DNA of 64,000 nt from an uncultured Lachnospiraceae bacterium (GTDB lineage Bacteria; Bacillota; Clostridia; Lachnospirales; Lachnospiraceae), in NCBI GenBank assembly GCA_902781325.1, contig CACZJD010000003.1, positions 3,642-67,641 of the forward strand, written 5' to 3'. Positions 37,251 to 47,227 of the stretch are shown one piece after another (position 1 is the stretch's first letter; each line of letters begins with the position of its first letter). The notes under the pieces are model-generated. The model was not told where the DNA came from and made no database searches. It saw only the letters and a list, made by a program, of their open reading frames with translations. The position numbers were made by a program, and so were the translations under genes.

Positions 37251-37934
37251 TCAATCTCTGCGCTTTCCCGTGATCGACAGGATCCTGACGAACAGGTTCA
37301 CGACATCCAGGTAGATGTCTGCCGCGCTGTCGATCGCGTTGTCGAGAGTCTTGGGATACTGCTGGGCTCTGTTCCAGTCCAGTCCGATGTAGCCGCAGAA
37401 GATCAGAGCGACGATGTAGTCGATGAAAGTCAGCGGAATGCGGAAGAGGATACTGCCCACAAATTCCACGAGGATGCATCCCAGAAGAGAGATGATCAGC
37501 GTTCTGCCCAGATTCTGGAAGAACGCGGGATACAGCATGGACAGGATGATCATGATCACTGTCACAAGGCCGGTCGCGATAAAGGCGTAGGCCACGGAAT
37601 TTCCGGAGAAGGCCGTCACATAGAATGTGAGCAGAAGCCCCATGGAAATCGCCATACCGGTAAAGCCGGCGAAACTCACAGCCGGGCTGTCAGATCTGTG
37701 GACCAGGTAAGAGCATCCGAGTGTGCCGGCAAAATACAGCACGATGACCAGAATGTAGTTAAGGGACAGAATCTGGTAAGTGAAGAATGTGGCCATCACA
37801 ATGTTGATCAGGACGCCCCACAGAAGGGTCAGACCGATGGTCAGGTTGTAAGTGCGCTCGTTCACCGCAGTGCCTGCATAATTGTTCATGCGCTCAAGTC
37901 TGTATTCTCTATTCATATTATTCATATCAGCCAT
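37251..37934 (-). CDS. Bax inhibitor-1/YccA-family membrane protein
   Basis: About 7 TMs, C-terminal 'A.DIYLDVVNLFVRIL' signature. Confidence 0.85.
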   Translation of the reverse strand: MADMNNMNREYRLERMNNYAGTAVNERTYNLTIGLTLLWGVLINIVMATFFTYQILSLNYILVIVLYFAGTLGCSYLVHRSDSPAVSFAGFTGMAISMGLLLTFYVTAFSGNSVAYAFIATGLVTVIMIILSMLYPAFFQNLGRTLIISLLGCILVEFVGSILFRIPLTFIDYIVALIFCGYIGLDWNRAQQYPKTLDNAIDSAADIYLDVVNLFVRILSITGKRRD

Positions 37935-38122
37935 ATTGATACCTCCGTTTTTATTATAGTATACGAATTTCCGGTAACATGTCCATTATATTCCCGGCGG
38001 CAAAAAATACCAGCGAAAATTCTGTGAAAAAATTGGGATATTGTGCAGTGCGAAAAAGCGTTGTAAAATATCTCGTTGTCGGCATATGACATAGGGGTAT
38101 AGTCATAGAAAGGACAAAAACG

Positions 38123-39286
38123 ATGTTCAAATACGCATGTCTCAACAACATTTCGGACAAAGGACTGGAGATATTCACACCGAATTTCGAGAGAACGGAA
38201 GAGATTTCCGAGGCTCAGGGGATTCTGGTGCGAAGCGCTGCTATGCATGATATGGAGTTTTCGCCGGAACTTCTGGCGATCGCAAGAGCAGGCGCCGGCG
38301 TCAACAATATTCCGCTGGATCGCTGCGCCAGAGAGGGCATAGTGGTCTTCAACACACCCGGCGCGAATGCCAACGGCGTGAAGGAGATGGTCCTGGCAGG
38401 AATGCTCCTGGCATCCCGTGATATCGTGGAGGGAGTCGACTGGGTCCGCGCGAACTGGAATAACGCGGATATCGCGAAGACCGCTGAGAAGGAAAAGAAG
38501 AAATTCGCAGGCACTGAGCTCGCCGGCAAGAGGCTGGGCATCATCGGACTTGGCGCGATCGGCGTGCGCGTGGCCAATATGGCAGTAGAACTCGGTATGG
38601 AAGTTTTCGGCTATGATCCTTATGTGTCGGTAGACGCGGCGTGGCACCTGAACAGGAAGATCACACACGTTTTTGACATCAATGAGATCTACGACAGATG
38701 CGATTTCATCACGATCCACGTGCCTGCGCTCCCTTCCACGAAGGGAATGATCAGCAGAGAAGCTGTGAAAAAGATGAAGAAGGGCGTGATCCTCATCAAT
38801 ATGGCAAGAGATGTCCTGGTCGATGAGGAAGCTGTTATCGAGCAGATCGGGGCAGGCAGGGTCCGCCGCTATGTATCCGATTTCCCCAACCCCACCGTCG
38901 CCGGAGTGAGGGGCTGCATCACGACGCCTCATCTGGGCGCTTCCACAGAGGAGTCCGAGGACAACTGCGCTGTGATGGCGGCCGAGGAACTCATGGATTA
39001 CCTTGAGAACGGCAACATCCGCAACAGCGTCAACTATCCGGCCTGCAGCATGGGCGTATGCCGCTCAGCGAGCCGTATCGCGATCTTCCACGAGAACAAG
39101 GTCAATATGATCAACCGCCTGACGACACTGATCGGCGGAAGCGATGTGAACATCTCCGAGATGACCAGTAAATCCAAGGGAGACGTCGAATACACGATGT
39201 TTGATCTGGACGCGCCGGTAAGTCAGGAGCTGGTGGACAAAATAGCGCAGATCCCCAGTGTATGGAGAGTAAGGATCATCAAGTAA
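38123..39286 (+). CDS. serA: D-3-phosphoglycerate dehydrogenase (with ACT domain)
   Basis: ARAGAGVNNI, NTPGANAN, GLGAIG, TPHLGASTEE, C-terminal ACT. Confidence 0.92.
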   Translation: MFKYACLNNISDKGLEIFTPNFERTEEISEAQGILVRSAAMHDMEFSPELLAIARAGAGVNNIPLDRCAREGIVVFNTPGANANGVKEMVLAGMLLASRDIVEGVDWVRANWNNADIAKTAEKEKKKFAGTELAGKRLGIIGLGAIGVRVANMAVELGMEVFGYDPYVSVDAAWHLNRKITHVFDINEIYDRCDFITIHVPALPSTKGMISREAVKKMKKGVILINMARDVLVDEEAVIEQIGAGRVRRYVSDFPNPTVAGVRGCITTPHLGASTEESEDNCAVMAAEELMDYLENGNIRNSVNYPACSMGVCRSASRIAIFHENKVNMINRLTTLIGGSDVNISEMTSKSKGDVEYTMFDLDAPVSQELVDKIAQIPSVWRVRIIK

Positions 39287-39300
39287 GTAAAACGGACACA

Positions 39301-39356
39301 AAAGAGGCTGTGAAGAAATGGGGGAAGTGCCTCCAAGGCTTCGCGGCTTCTTTTTT
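39301..39356 (+). terminator. Putative terminator of serA
   Basis: GAGGCTGTGAAG...CTTCGCGGCTTC followed by T6. Confidence 0.55.
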
Positions 39357-39491
39357 GCTGAACGCAGTTCAATGTGACTTTTTGCGGAGATTTCGGTTAT
39401 ACTTGATAAATAGAGACCGGATACACAGTTTTTACACACACAGGCTTTATATTTTTTCCGGGAAGATTTATTCATTTGGAAGGAACAGACC

Positions 39492-40877
39492 ATGGATGTA
39501 AAAAATAATATGAACGATTACCTCAAATGGAGAGGTGATCTGACTTTTGACAAGGATCCCTTCAATATAGTCGACAATCTGATACTGGCGCAGATGGCTT
39601 ACGTGGATTACGACGGGATCGTCTTTGAGAGCAGGGATTATCCGATGCCTATCGCAGATGTTTGCCGCAGATACTGGGAAACCCACACCGAAGAGGAAAT
39701 AAGGAAGAGAGAGAGCTTTTCCAAGCTTTCCCCTTTCCTGCTCAGACCTGTAGCGGAGAGCAAGCGGTTTGGAAACACGAAGATGTGCGGTTATGTCAAT
39801 TTTGTGAGCAAGAGCGCCGAGGCACAGATGTCTGCAGTCCAGTTTGAACTTGAGGACGGAACGGTTTATGTGGCGTTTCGCGGCACCGATGAGACTCTGG
39901 TCGGCTGGAAGGAAGACTTTAATCTCTCTTTTATGTCCATGACGGAGGGACAGAAACTTGCGGCCGAGTATCTTAAGAAGAATTTCAGCGATACGGCTCT
40001 GAAACTGAGAGTGGGAGGCCACTCGAAGGGAGGAAACTTTGCCGCATTCGCGTCATCCTTCGCGGGAGAAGCGATCCAGAAGCAGATTCTGGAGGTATAC
40101 TGCAACGACTCCCCGGGATTTCGGGATGAAGTTACAACCAAGCCGGAATATCAACAGATCATGGACCGCACGATCAACATAATCCCTCAGGACTCCATCA
40201 TCGGGCGCCTGCTCAACGCGGGACGAAGCGCGATCGTTGTCAAGAGCAGCCGGAAAGGGATCATGCAGCACGACGCGCTCTCATGGGAGGTGCTTGGAAA
40301 CAGCTTTATCAATACACAGAGGTCAAGCGACAGTATTTATCTTGAAAAGGTGCTGAGCGAGTGGCTTGAGAATGTCGACGACGCAGCGCGCCGGATCTTT
40401 GTGGATCAGATCTTCGGGATCCTGCAGGCGCTGGGAGCCGACACTGTGAAGGATATGAAGGATATCAGCCTCAGAGATCTGGCGGACGCGATCCAGATGG
40501 TGAGGGACCTTCCCAAAGATCAGCAGTCGGAGATGTCCGCTGTGCTCAAAAAACTCTTTGCCAGCGGCGGCAGAGCTTTCTATGAGGAGATGGAGCAGAA
40601 AGACGGGATCGTCCCTGATGTTTTCAAAAAACTGATGGAACTGAAGGGAAAGATCAATGAAGCCAAAAAGACGGCGGAATACGCCAGACTCGGAGTGCGG
40701 GCGGTAAGAGCGCAGAAAGCGCAGCAGATAGAAGAGAACGAAGGTGAATCACCGTTGGCGGAAGCGGATAACGAAAAGGCGCTGTTTATGGAAGAACTCG
40801 CCAGAAGAGCACTGGAAGAAGGAATTGTGATCGGGGACGGCAAAACAGATGACACAGATGGAGAAGATCCGCAGTAA
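39492..40877 (+). CDS. DUF2974-family alpha/beta hydrolase
   Basis: DYLKWRGDL, AFRGTD..LVGWKEDFN, GHSKGGN nucleophile elbow, QHD..SW. Confidence 0.85.
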   Translation: MDVKNNMNDYLKWRGDLTFDKDPFNIVDNLILAQMAYVDYDGIVFESRDYPMPIADVCRRYWETHTEEEIRKRESFSKLSPFLLRPVAESKRFGNTKMCGYVNFVSKSAEAQMSAVQFELEDGTVYVAFRGTDETLVGWKEDFNLSFMSMTEGQKLAAEYLKKNFSDTALKLRVGGHSKGGNFAAFASSFAGEAIQKQILEVYCNDSPGFRDEVTTKPEYQQIMDRTINIIPQDSIIGRLLNAGRSAIVVKSSRKGIMQHDALSWEVLGNSFINTQRSSDSIYLEKVLSEWLENVDDAARRIFVDQIFGILQALGADTVKDMKDISLRDLADAIQMVRDLPKDQQSEMSAVLKKLFASGGRAFYEEMEQKDGIVPDVFKKLMELKGKINEAKKTAEYARLGVRAVRAQKAQQIEENEGESPLAEADNEKALFMEELARRALEEGIVIGDGKTDDTDGEDPQ

Positions 40878-41508
40878 AACTGCCGGACGGACACTGGAAG
40901 AGGTCAGTTCCGTCTCAAGAAAGAACGCAGTCCTGATCCCTTTGGTGGAGACCGGCGGGGAGCCCGGCATCCTGTTTGAGGTTCGCCAGTCGGGGATCCG
41001 GCAGGGCGGCGAGATCTGCTTTCCGGGCGGAAGGATCGAGGAGAACGAGTCCGCGGAGGAAGCGGCAGTCAGAGAGACTTCGGAGGAGCTGCTGATCCCC
41101 CGGGAGAAGATCGAGGTGATCGCCCCGATGCACGCCATGACCGGCCCCGGGGGGGCGAAGATCAGCTCCTGTCTCGGTATTTTGTACGATTATGAGGGAA
41201 CTTACTCCAAGCAGGAAGTTGAGAGGGTCTTCTGTGTGCCCCTGAGCTGGTTTGTTTCCCACAAGCCGCGGATCAGCGATGCTTCCATGGTGGTGAAGAC
41301 GCCGGAGGATTTCCCCTATGAGCTCCTGCCGGGCGGGAAGAACTACCCCTGGCACAGCATTCCGCGCAGGTTCTATTTCTATGAGACCGGCGGCGGGGTG
41401 ATCTGGGGGATCACGGCGCAGCTTCTGTATCACTGTCTGGAAGTGATCCTGAAGGACGATACAGAGATGACGCGCAATGAACAGGAAGACCGGGAGAACT
41501 GCCCATGA
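40849..41508 (+). CDS. Nudix hydrolase, CoA pyrophosphatase type
   Basis: AVLIPL, GEICFPGG..E......AAVRETSEE, IWGITA. Confidence 0.88.
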   Translation: MTQMEKIRSKTAGRTLEEVSSVSRKNAVLIPLVETGGEPGILFEVRQSGIRQGGEICFPGGRIEENESAEEAAVRETSEELLIPREKIEVIAPMHAMTGPGGAKISSCLGILYDYEGTYSKQEVERVFCVPLSWFVSHKPRISDASMVVKTPEDFPYELLPGGKNYPWHSIPRRFYFYETGGGVIWGITAQLLYHCLEVILKDDTEMTRNEQEDRENCP

Positions 41509-42488
41509 AGCGCAGGCTCGAATTTACAGTGACGCGGAAGATGGCAGGAAGATCCGTCAGGCAGTTCCTGCAGGAGGAGCTTTCTTTCTCAGGGCATCAG
41601 ATCAGCAGACTCAAGTTCCAGGAGGAGGGAATCCGCGTCGATGGGGAGAAGGTTTATGTCAGCCATGTCCTCATGGAAGGAGAATTCCTGACGATCGGGC
41701 TTACGGAGCAGGTCCTTAGAAGGGATACGGAAGGCGGAAAGCCGGGCAAAATCTGGGAGGCGCCGGCTCCGGAATTGGCAGAATATCCTCTGCAGGTCCT
41801 GTATGAGGACAGCGATCTGCTGATCGTCAATAAACCGGCAGGTATGGTCTGTCACCCCTCTCCCGGACATTACAGCGATACGCTCGCCAATCAGGCAGCG
41901 GCGCATTTGGGCGGAACAGGCACTGCGATGGATATGCGGGTGACCGGAAGACTGGACAGGGAGACCTCGGGTATTGTGACTTTTGCCAGAAATTCGGAAG
42001 CTGCAGCGATGATCCAGAGGCAGAGGGAGGACGGAAGACTGATCAAGCTCTATCTGGCCCTTGCGGAAGGACGATTTGAACTGCCGGAGGGTGTTGTGGA
42101 CTTCCCGCTCCGCAGAGAGGCGCCAGGCTCCCACCTTATGATCTGCGCGCCGGACGGAAAGGCTGCGCGGACTTTTTACAGAGTACTGGCAGAGACGGAA
42201 GGTCCGAAGGGCGGGCCGAGGACACTGCTGGCCTGCCGGATCGAGCACGGAAGGACACATCAGATCAGGGTCCACATGGCCCGGATCGGTCATCCCCTTG
42301 TGGGAGATCCTCTGTACGGAAACGGGATCTCTCAGGAAGCGATGGGGCTTCATGCCTGGAAACTGTCCCTGCAGAAGCCTTTCGGATCGGACAGGATCGA
42401 GATCACAGCGCAGCAGCCCGGCTGGGCGGCATTTTATAAATGCGGGCCGGAAACAGGTGTTTTCGGAAAGCCATTTGTGAAAAATTGA
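41505..42488 (+). CDS. RluA-family pseudouridine synthase
   Basis: VLYED, VNKPAG, RLDRETSG, GRTHQIRVH, GDPLYG. Confidence 0.9.
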   Translation: MKRRLEFTVTRKMAGRSVRQFLQEELSFSGHQISRLKFQEEGIRVDGEKVYVSHVLMEGEFLTIGLTEQVLRRDTEGGKPGKIWEAPAPELAEYPLQVLYEDSDLLIVNKPAGMVCHPSPGHYSDTLANQAAAHLGGTGTAMDMRVTGRLDRETSGIVTFARNSEAAAMIQRQREDGRLIKLYLALAEGRFELPEGVVDFPLRREAPGSHLMICAPDGKAARTFYRVLAETEGPKGGPRTLLACRIEHGRTHQIRVHMARIGHPLVGDPLYGNGISQEAMGLHAWKLSLQKPFGSDRIEITAQQPGWAAFYKCGPETGVFGKPFVKN

Positions 42489-42529
42489 TTGAGATACAGT
42501 ATAATGGACAGCAGGAGGCGCGGAGAGGG

Positions 42530-43366
42530 ATGCCGGAGCGGGACATGGTGAGAACTAAATATCGCGTGAACTGTGATCCCGGGGGAATCATTCCGCGGAT
42601 CAGGAATTTCTGTCTGGACATGGACGGCACAGTTTATCTGGATAATCTCTGGATCGACGGAGCCAAGGACTTTCTGGCGAAGTTGACGGCAACGGGCAGA
42701 AAGTACTGCTTTATGACCAATAATTCCTCCAAGAGCGCGTCGATCTATGTTGAAAAGCTTCTTAATATGGGGCTTGTCATCGACCCGGAGAAGCAGCTGA
42801 TCACTTCCGGACACGCGACGGTGGATTATCTCAAACGGAAGTATCCGGGGAAGCGCATTTATCTCTTCGGGAATCCGATGGTGAAGATGGAGTTCGAGGC
42901 GAGGGGCGTTCTGATCGATGAAGAGCACCCGGATATGGTTGTCACCAGTTTCTGCACGAGTTTTCATTATAGAGACCTGTGCAGGCTCTGTGACCTGGTC
43001 AGGGAGGGGCTTCCCTATGTGGCAACACACCCGGATTTCAACTGCCCGACGAAGACCGGCTTCATACCGGACATCGGATCGCTCTCCGCTTATGTGGAGG
43101 CGTCCACCGGGCGCAGGCCCGACAAGGTTGTAGGAAAGCCCGAGGCGGAGATCATTGAGTACGCGATGAGGACCATGGGGGCGAAGCCGGAGGAATCCTG
43201 CGTCGTGGGAGACCGGCTGTACACGGACGTGAAATCGGGCGTGAACAACGGGCTGTACGGCATCTTTGTGCTGAGCGGCGAGGCGCAGCTGAAGGATCTG
43301 CCGGATTCAGATGTCAAACCGCATCTGATCTTTGATTCGGTGAAAGAGATCATTCCGTATCTTTGA
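42530..43366 (+). CDS. HAD-IIA (NagD-like) phosphatase
   Basis: LDMDGT, TNNSS, GKP, VGDRLYTD; start 42530 or 42545. Confidence 0.9.
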   Translation: MPERDMVRTKYRVNCDPGGIIPRIRNFCLDMDGTVYLDNLWIDGAKDFLAKLTATGRKYCFMTNNSSKSASIYVEKLLNMGLVIDPEKQLITSGHATVDYLKRKYPGKRIYLFGNPMVKMEFEARGVLIDEEHPDMVVTSFCTSFHYRDLCRLCDLVREGLPYVATHPDFNCPTKTGFIPDIGSLSAYVEASTGRRPDKVVGKPEAEIIEYAMRTMGAKPEESCVVGDRLYTDVKSGVNNGLYGIFVLSGEAQLKDLPDSDVKPHLIFDSVKEIIPYL

Positions 43367-43403
43367 AGCCGCGATCAATGATGTCAGATGCCCGGGAGCG
43401 ATT

Positions 43404-44171
43404 ATGGAAACAAGAGATATACTGGAACTGGTGAAAAACGGTTCAATGAGCGTCGAAGAGGCAGAGGGGCATTTTCGCAGGCAGCCCTTTGAGGACATGG
43501 GGTACGCCAAGCTGGACCTGCACCGCAGAATACGATCCGGCTTTCCGGAAGTGATCTTCTGCAGCGGCAAACCTGACGAATTTCTTGTAAACATCTTTCA
43601 GAGGATGGTGGAGAAGGAAGGACAGGCTTTCGGCACCAGGGCGGCTGCAGCGCAGTATGAGCTGGTCAGAAAGGTGATTCCGGATATTCAGTATGATCCG
43701 GTCTCGCGGATCCTGAAACTGGAGAGGACTCCCAAAGAGAGAAAAGGCCTTATTGCGGTGGTTACCGGAGGCACGGCGGACATCCCCGTGGCCGAGGAAG
43801 CGGCGCAGACGGCGGAATATTTTGGCACAAAGGTGGAACGGATCTACGACGTGGGAGTCAGCGGGATCCACCGGCTTCTCTCGCAGACGCAGAGGATCCA
43901 GGAGGCCAACTGCATTGTGGCGGTGGCCGGCATGGAAGGCGCTCTGGCAAGCGTTGTGGGAGGCCTTGTGAGCAATCCTGTCATCGCGGTGCCGACTTCT
44001 GTGGGATACGGCGCGAATTTCGGCGGCCTTTCAGCGCTGATGACGATGATCAATTCCTGCGCGAACGGAATCGCGGTAGTGAATATCGATAACGGATATG
44101 GAGCGGGCTATATGGCGACACAGATCAACCGCCTGGCCTGCGGAGGTAATAAAACGGATGCAGAACAGTGA
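43404..44171 (+). CDS. larB: Nickel-pincer cofactor biosynthesis protein LarB
   Basis: GFPEVIFC.GK, DVGVSGIHRL, AGMEGAL, PTSVGYG, VNIDNGYGA. Confidence 0.92.
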   Translation: METRDILELVKNGSMSVEEAEGHFRRQPFEDMGYAKLDLHRRIRSGFPEVIFCSGKPDEFLVNIFQRMVEKEGQAFGTRAAAAQYELVRKVIPDIQYDPVSRILKLERTPKERKGLIAVVTGGTADIPVAEEAAQTAEYFGTKVERIYDVGVSGIHRLLSQTQRIQEANCIVAVAGMEGALASVVGGLVSNPVIAVPTSVGYGANFGGLSALMTMINSCANGIAVVNIDNGYGAGYMATQINRLACGGNKTDAEQ

Positions 44172-45567
44172 TAAGATCCTTTATCTGGAATGCGGAACCG
44201 GGATCAGCGGCGACATGGCTGTGGCCGCGCTGCTCGATCTGGGAGCGGATCAGGAGAAACTCCTGAAGGTCCTGGAGGGGATTCCCGGACATGGTTTTAA
44301 AGTACAGATCAGCAGAGTGAAGAAATCGGGCATAGATTGCTGCGACTTCGATGTGATCCTCGATGAGGAACACGACGGGCACGACCACGACATGGAGTAC
44401 CTGTACGGACACCTCGAAGGGGAGAGCGGGCATTCTGCCCACACGCACAGCCATGACCATGAGCACGACCATGATCATCACCACGATCATGACCATGACC
44501 ATGACCATCACCACGATCATCATGATCACGACCACGACCATGACCATGATCATGATCACGGACACAGCCATCACCATCACCACACTGGAATGAGGGAGAT
44601 CCGGGAGATCATCGGAGACCTGGAAATGACAGAGGGAGCAAGAGCCCTGGCGCTGCGGATCTTTGAGATCCTCGCGCAGGCGGAGTCCGAGGCGCACGGC
44701 GTACCCGTCGATGAAGTTCACTTCCACGAGGTGGGAGCGATCGATTCCATCGTCGATATTGTGGCAGCGGCAGTCTGCTTCGACGACCTCGGAATCAGCA
44801 ATGTGGCTGTGACAGGGATCACGGAAGGAAGCGGAACAGTGCGATGCCAACACGGGATCCTGCAGGTACCTGTACCAGCGGTGGCGAACATAGCGAAGGC
44901 ACACAGATTGCCGTTGCAGTTTACTTCCAGAAAGGGAGAACTGGTAACGCCGACAGGCGCGGCTATTGCAGCGGCTCTGATGACCCGCAGGGATCTGCCG
45001 GAGAGGTTCGTGATCGGGAAAACCGGTCTCGGCGCAGGAAAGAGGGAATATGAGATCCCGAGCATCCTGCGGGCGATGGTGATCGAACCCTGTGAACAGA
45101 CAAAGAATCCGGGCCGCGGAGCGGACACGGTGTGGAAACTGGAGTGCGATATCGATGACAGTACGGGCGAACAGCTCGGCTACGCGCTGGAGAAACTCTA
45201 CCGGGAGGGCGCGCGGGAAGCGCACTTCGCGCCGGTCTTTATGAAAAAGAACCGGCCGGGGTGGGAGCTTACGGTAATCTGCGACGGGAAACACCTGCGG
45301 AAGCTGGAAGAAGTGATCTTCAGCCAGACGACTACGATCGGGATCCGGAGACAGGAGATGGAGCGCACTGTTTTGACAAGGAAGACTGTGGATGTAAAGA
45401 CCCGGTTCGGCGTGATCCCCGTAAAGATCAGCGGAGAAGGCGATTACAAAAGAGTCCATCCGGAGTATGAGAAAGTCAGCGGAGCGGCGTCAGAGCACGG
45501 CGTTCCTTTCGGAGCGGTATATGACGAAGTTCTGACAATGACATATAGAAATGAGGATATTTCTTAA
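44158..45567 (+). CDS. larC: Nickel insertase LarC (single ORF)
   Basis: GISGDM, His-rich tract, HFHEVGAIDSIVD, ELVTPTGAA, IDD, MKKNRP, PEYE; GGAGGT RBS before ATG 44158. Confidence 0.93.
   Translation: MQNSDKILYLECGTGISGDMAVAALLDLGADQEKLLKVLEGIPGHGFKVQISRVKKSGIDCCDFDVILDEEHDGHDHDMEYLYGHLEGESGHSAHTHSHDHEHDHDHHHDHDHDHDHHHDHHDHDHDHDHDHDHGHSHHHHHTGMREIREIIGDLEMTEGARALALRIFEILAQAESEAHGVPVDEVHFHEVGAIDSIVDIVAAAVCFDDLGISNVAVTGITEGSGTVRCQHGILQVPVPAVANIAKAHRLPLQFTSRKGELVTPTGAAIAAALMTRRDLPERFVIGKTGLGAGKREYEIPSILRAMVIEPCEQTKNPGRGADTVWKLECDIDDSTGEQLGYALEKLYREGAREAHFAPVFMKKNRPGWELTVICDGKHLRKLEEVIFSQTTTIGIRRQEMERTVLTRKTVDVKTRFGVIPVKISGEGDYKRVHPEYEKVSGAASEHGVPFGAVYDEVLTMTYRNEDIS
44431..44583 (+). repeat. 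His/Asp-rich coding repeat in larC
   Basis: (CAYGAY)n-like tract; 30 His in 51 codons. Confidence 0.9.
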
Positions 45568-45587
45568 CGGAAAGGCGGAGTAAGACG

Positions 45588-46127
45588 GTGAAAACTTTTG
45601 GTGTAATCAGAAACAAGCCGGATTTTGCGGAAGTGTATGAGCAGGAGTATTCCTATGTGTACAACTATATTTACATGCAGGTGATGCACAGAGAGAATAC
45701 AGAGGACCTGGTGAGTGATATATTTATGAGAGCAATGTCTCATTACGACAGTTTCGACCCTTCAAAGGCCTCGGTGCGCACATGGCTGTGCACCATCGCG
45801 AGGAACTGCCTGATCGATTATTTCCGAAAAAACGGCCGGAGAAAGACAGAGAATCTGGACGACGCGCCGGAGCCCTCTGCAGTCGATGAGTATGAGATCC
45901 TCAAGAATCCGGTCAACCAGGAAGTATACCGGCTGCTTGAGAAACTCTCAGACGAGGAGAGGGAACTGCTCAGCATGATCTATGTGCAGGAACTCAAGAA
46001 CCCGCAGATCGGAGAGATCCTTGGCATCAATGCCAAAGCGGTGAGTGAGAGACACAGGCGCCTTTTGGCGAAACTGCGCGCGATGGAAAAGGGAAAGAGC
46101 AGCGGAGATTTTCTCGATTTCTCGTAA
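45588..46127 (+). CDS. ECF-type sigma-70 factor
   Basis: EDLVSDIF, TWLCTIARN (region 2), LSDEERELL...IGEILG (region 4); 179 aa. Confidence 0.9.
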   Translation: MKTFGVIRNKPDFAEVYEQEYSYVYNYIYMQVMHRENTEDLVSDIFMRAMSHYDSFDPSKASVRTWLCTIARNCLIDYFRKNGRRKTENLDDAPEPSAVDEYEILKNPVNQEVYRLLEKLSDEERELLSMIYVQELKNPQIGEILGINAKAVSERHRRLLAKLRAMEKGKSSGDFLDFS

Positions 46128-46181
46128 CGGTCACATGGCTGTGAGACTGCTGTCTGAACTGAGCACGCTAAAGAGCGGTGT

Positions 46182-46634
46182 TCAGTCCAGTTTCTTACCG
46201 ATGGTAAGACGGTTTTCGCCTTCGGCATATTCGTAGGACAGAGTATCAGAGTATTTCTGTACAAGAAAGATTCCCAGGCCGCCGATCGGACGTTCCTCCG
46301 CGGGAGCGGAGAGATCGGGAGACTTCTTGCGGAGCGGGTCATAGGGAATGCCGCTGTCACGGAAAGTCAGGTACAGGAAATCCTTCTCCCGGTCAAGGGT
46401 AAGGTCCAGAGATACCATACCGGTGCTGTCGGGATAAGCATAGCTGGCAACATTGATGAAGACCTCTTCTACGACCATGTCGAGTTCAAAGAGGGTGCGC
46501 ATGCTGCAGGAAACACTTTCAAGAAAATCGCGCACTTGCTCCTGCGCGGCGGCAAAATTCTCCGGAACGGCTGCCAGTGTGACGGTATGAGTGCCTTTTG
46601 CTGTATTTGTGTTGCTCGGCGTGAGATCGCTCAT
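46182..46634 (-). CDS. RsbW/SpoIIAB-like anti-sigma Ser/Thr kinase (HATPase)
   Basis: EEVFINVASYAY, D.GIPYDP, ERPIGGLGIFLV. Confidence 0.88.
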   Translation of the reverse strand: MSDLTPSNTNTAKGTHTVTLAAVPENFAAAQEQVRDFLESVSCSMRTLFELDMVVEEVFINVASYAYPDSTGMVSLDLTLDREKDFLYLTFRDSGIPYDPLRKKSPDLSAPAEERPIGGLGIFLVQKYSDTLSYEYAEGENRLTIGKKLD

Positions 46635-46817
46635 AAGACAGATCCTTTCGAATGCCTGGTGACAGATTGAAATACTCTGTTGATTTCGAATACTTAGTAT
46701 ATTATATTACAGTATTCGTAGAAAAGAAAATTTTCTGATAAAATAATTTCTTATTCCTCATGGAAGGGCACCGAACAGGGCGTATATAGTTATAAACAAA
46801 GCAAAGGGGGTAGCGAA

Positions 46818-47054
46818 ATGAGCTCCATGAACGAAAATTTACTTGATAAGATCGCTCGCGCTGATTTCAGTATGGAGACCGATTTCAAGAACGTTCTCAG
46901 AAAAAGACTGTTTGAGAGCGGCGCGAATAAGAAATCCGGAATCCTTCAGTTCCAGCGTTTATCTGATATGGAACTGGATATGGTATCTGCGGCAGGAGAT
47001 ATGGATTTTCTCAGGCAGCAGGAACAGAAAAAGAAAAACGAGAAGAATCAGTGA
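46818..47054 (+). CDS. Small protein with an internal double-glycine-leader-like motif
   Basis: 78 aa, AAAGGGGG RBS, LSDMELDMVSAAG at residues 48-60, own terminators downstream. Confidence 0.7.
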   Translation: MSSMNENLLDKIARADFSMETDFKNVLRKRLFESGANKKSGILQFQRLSDMELDMVSAAGDMDFLRQQEQKKKNEKNQ

Positions 47055-47072
47055 TGAGAACGGAAATCATAC

Positions 47073-47150
47073 AGCTGCGGTGCTAAAGACAGTGCATCGT
47101 GGCTTTTTCCGTGTCCGCAGGGGTTTGTCAGTACACAAACCCTCTTTTTT
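47073..47150 (+). terminator. Tandem terminator hairpins
   Basis: AGCTGCGGTGC...GCATCGTGGCT-TTTT and AGGGTTTGT-cagtac-ACAAACCCT-CTTTTTTT. Confidence 0.7.
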
Positions 47151-47227
47151 ATTGTATTTTTCAGAAGGTCGTGGAATAATTTGGTAGGAAATGTGTTGGA
47201 CAGCATCATTGAAAGGAGTCAGACAAA

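Noticed and set aside
44431-44583. Short tandem repeats resembling an array
   Set aside because: In-frame His/Asp codons of LarC; not CRISPR or a non-coding repeat
46761-46786. ECF-type promoter (GGAAG...CGTATA) before the 78-aa gene
   Set aside because: Spacing is shorter than typical ECF promoters and no second copy was found to validate it
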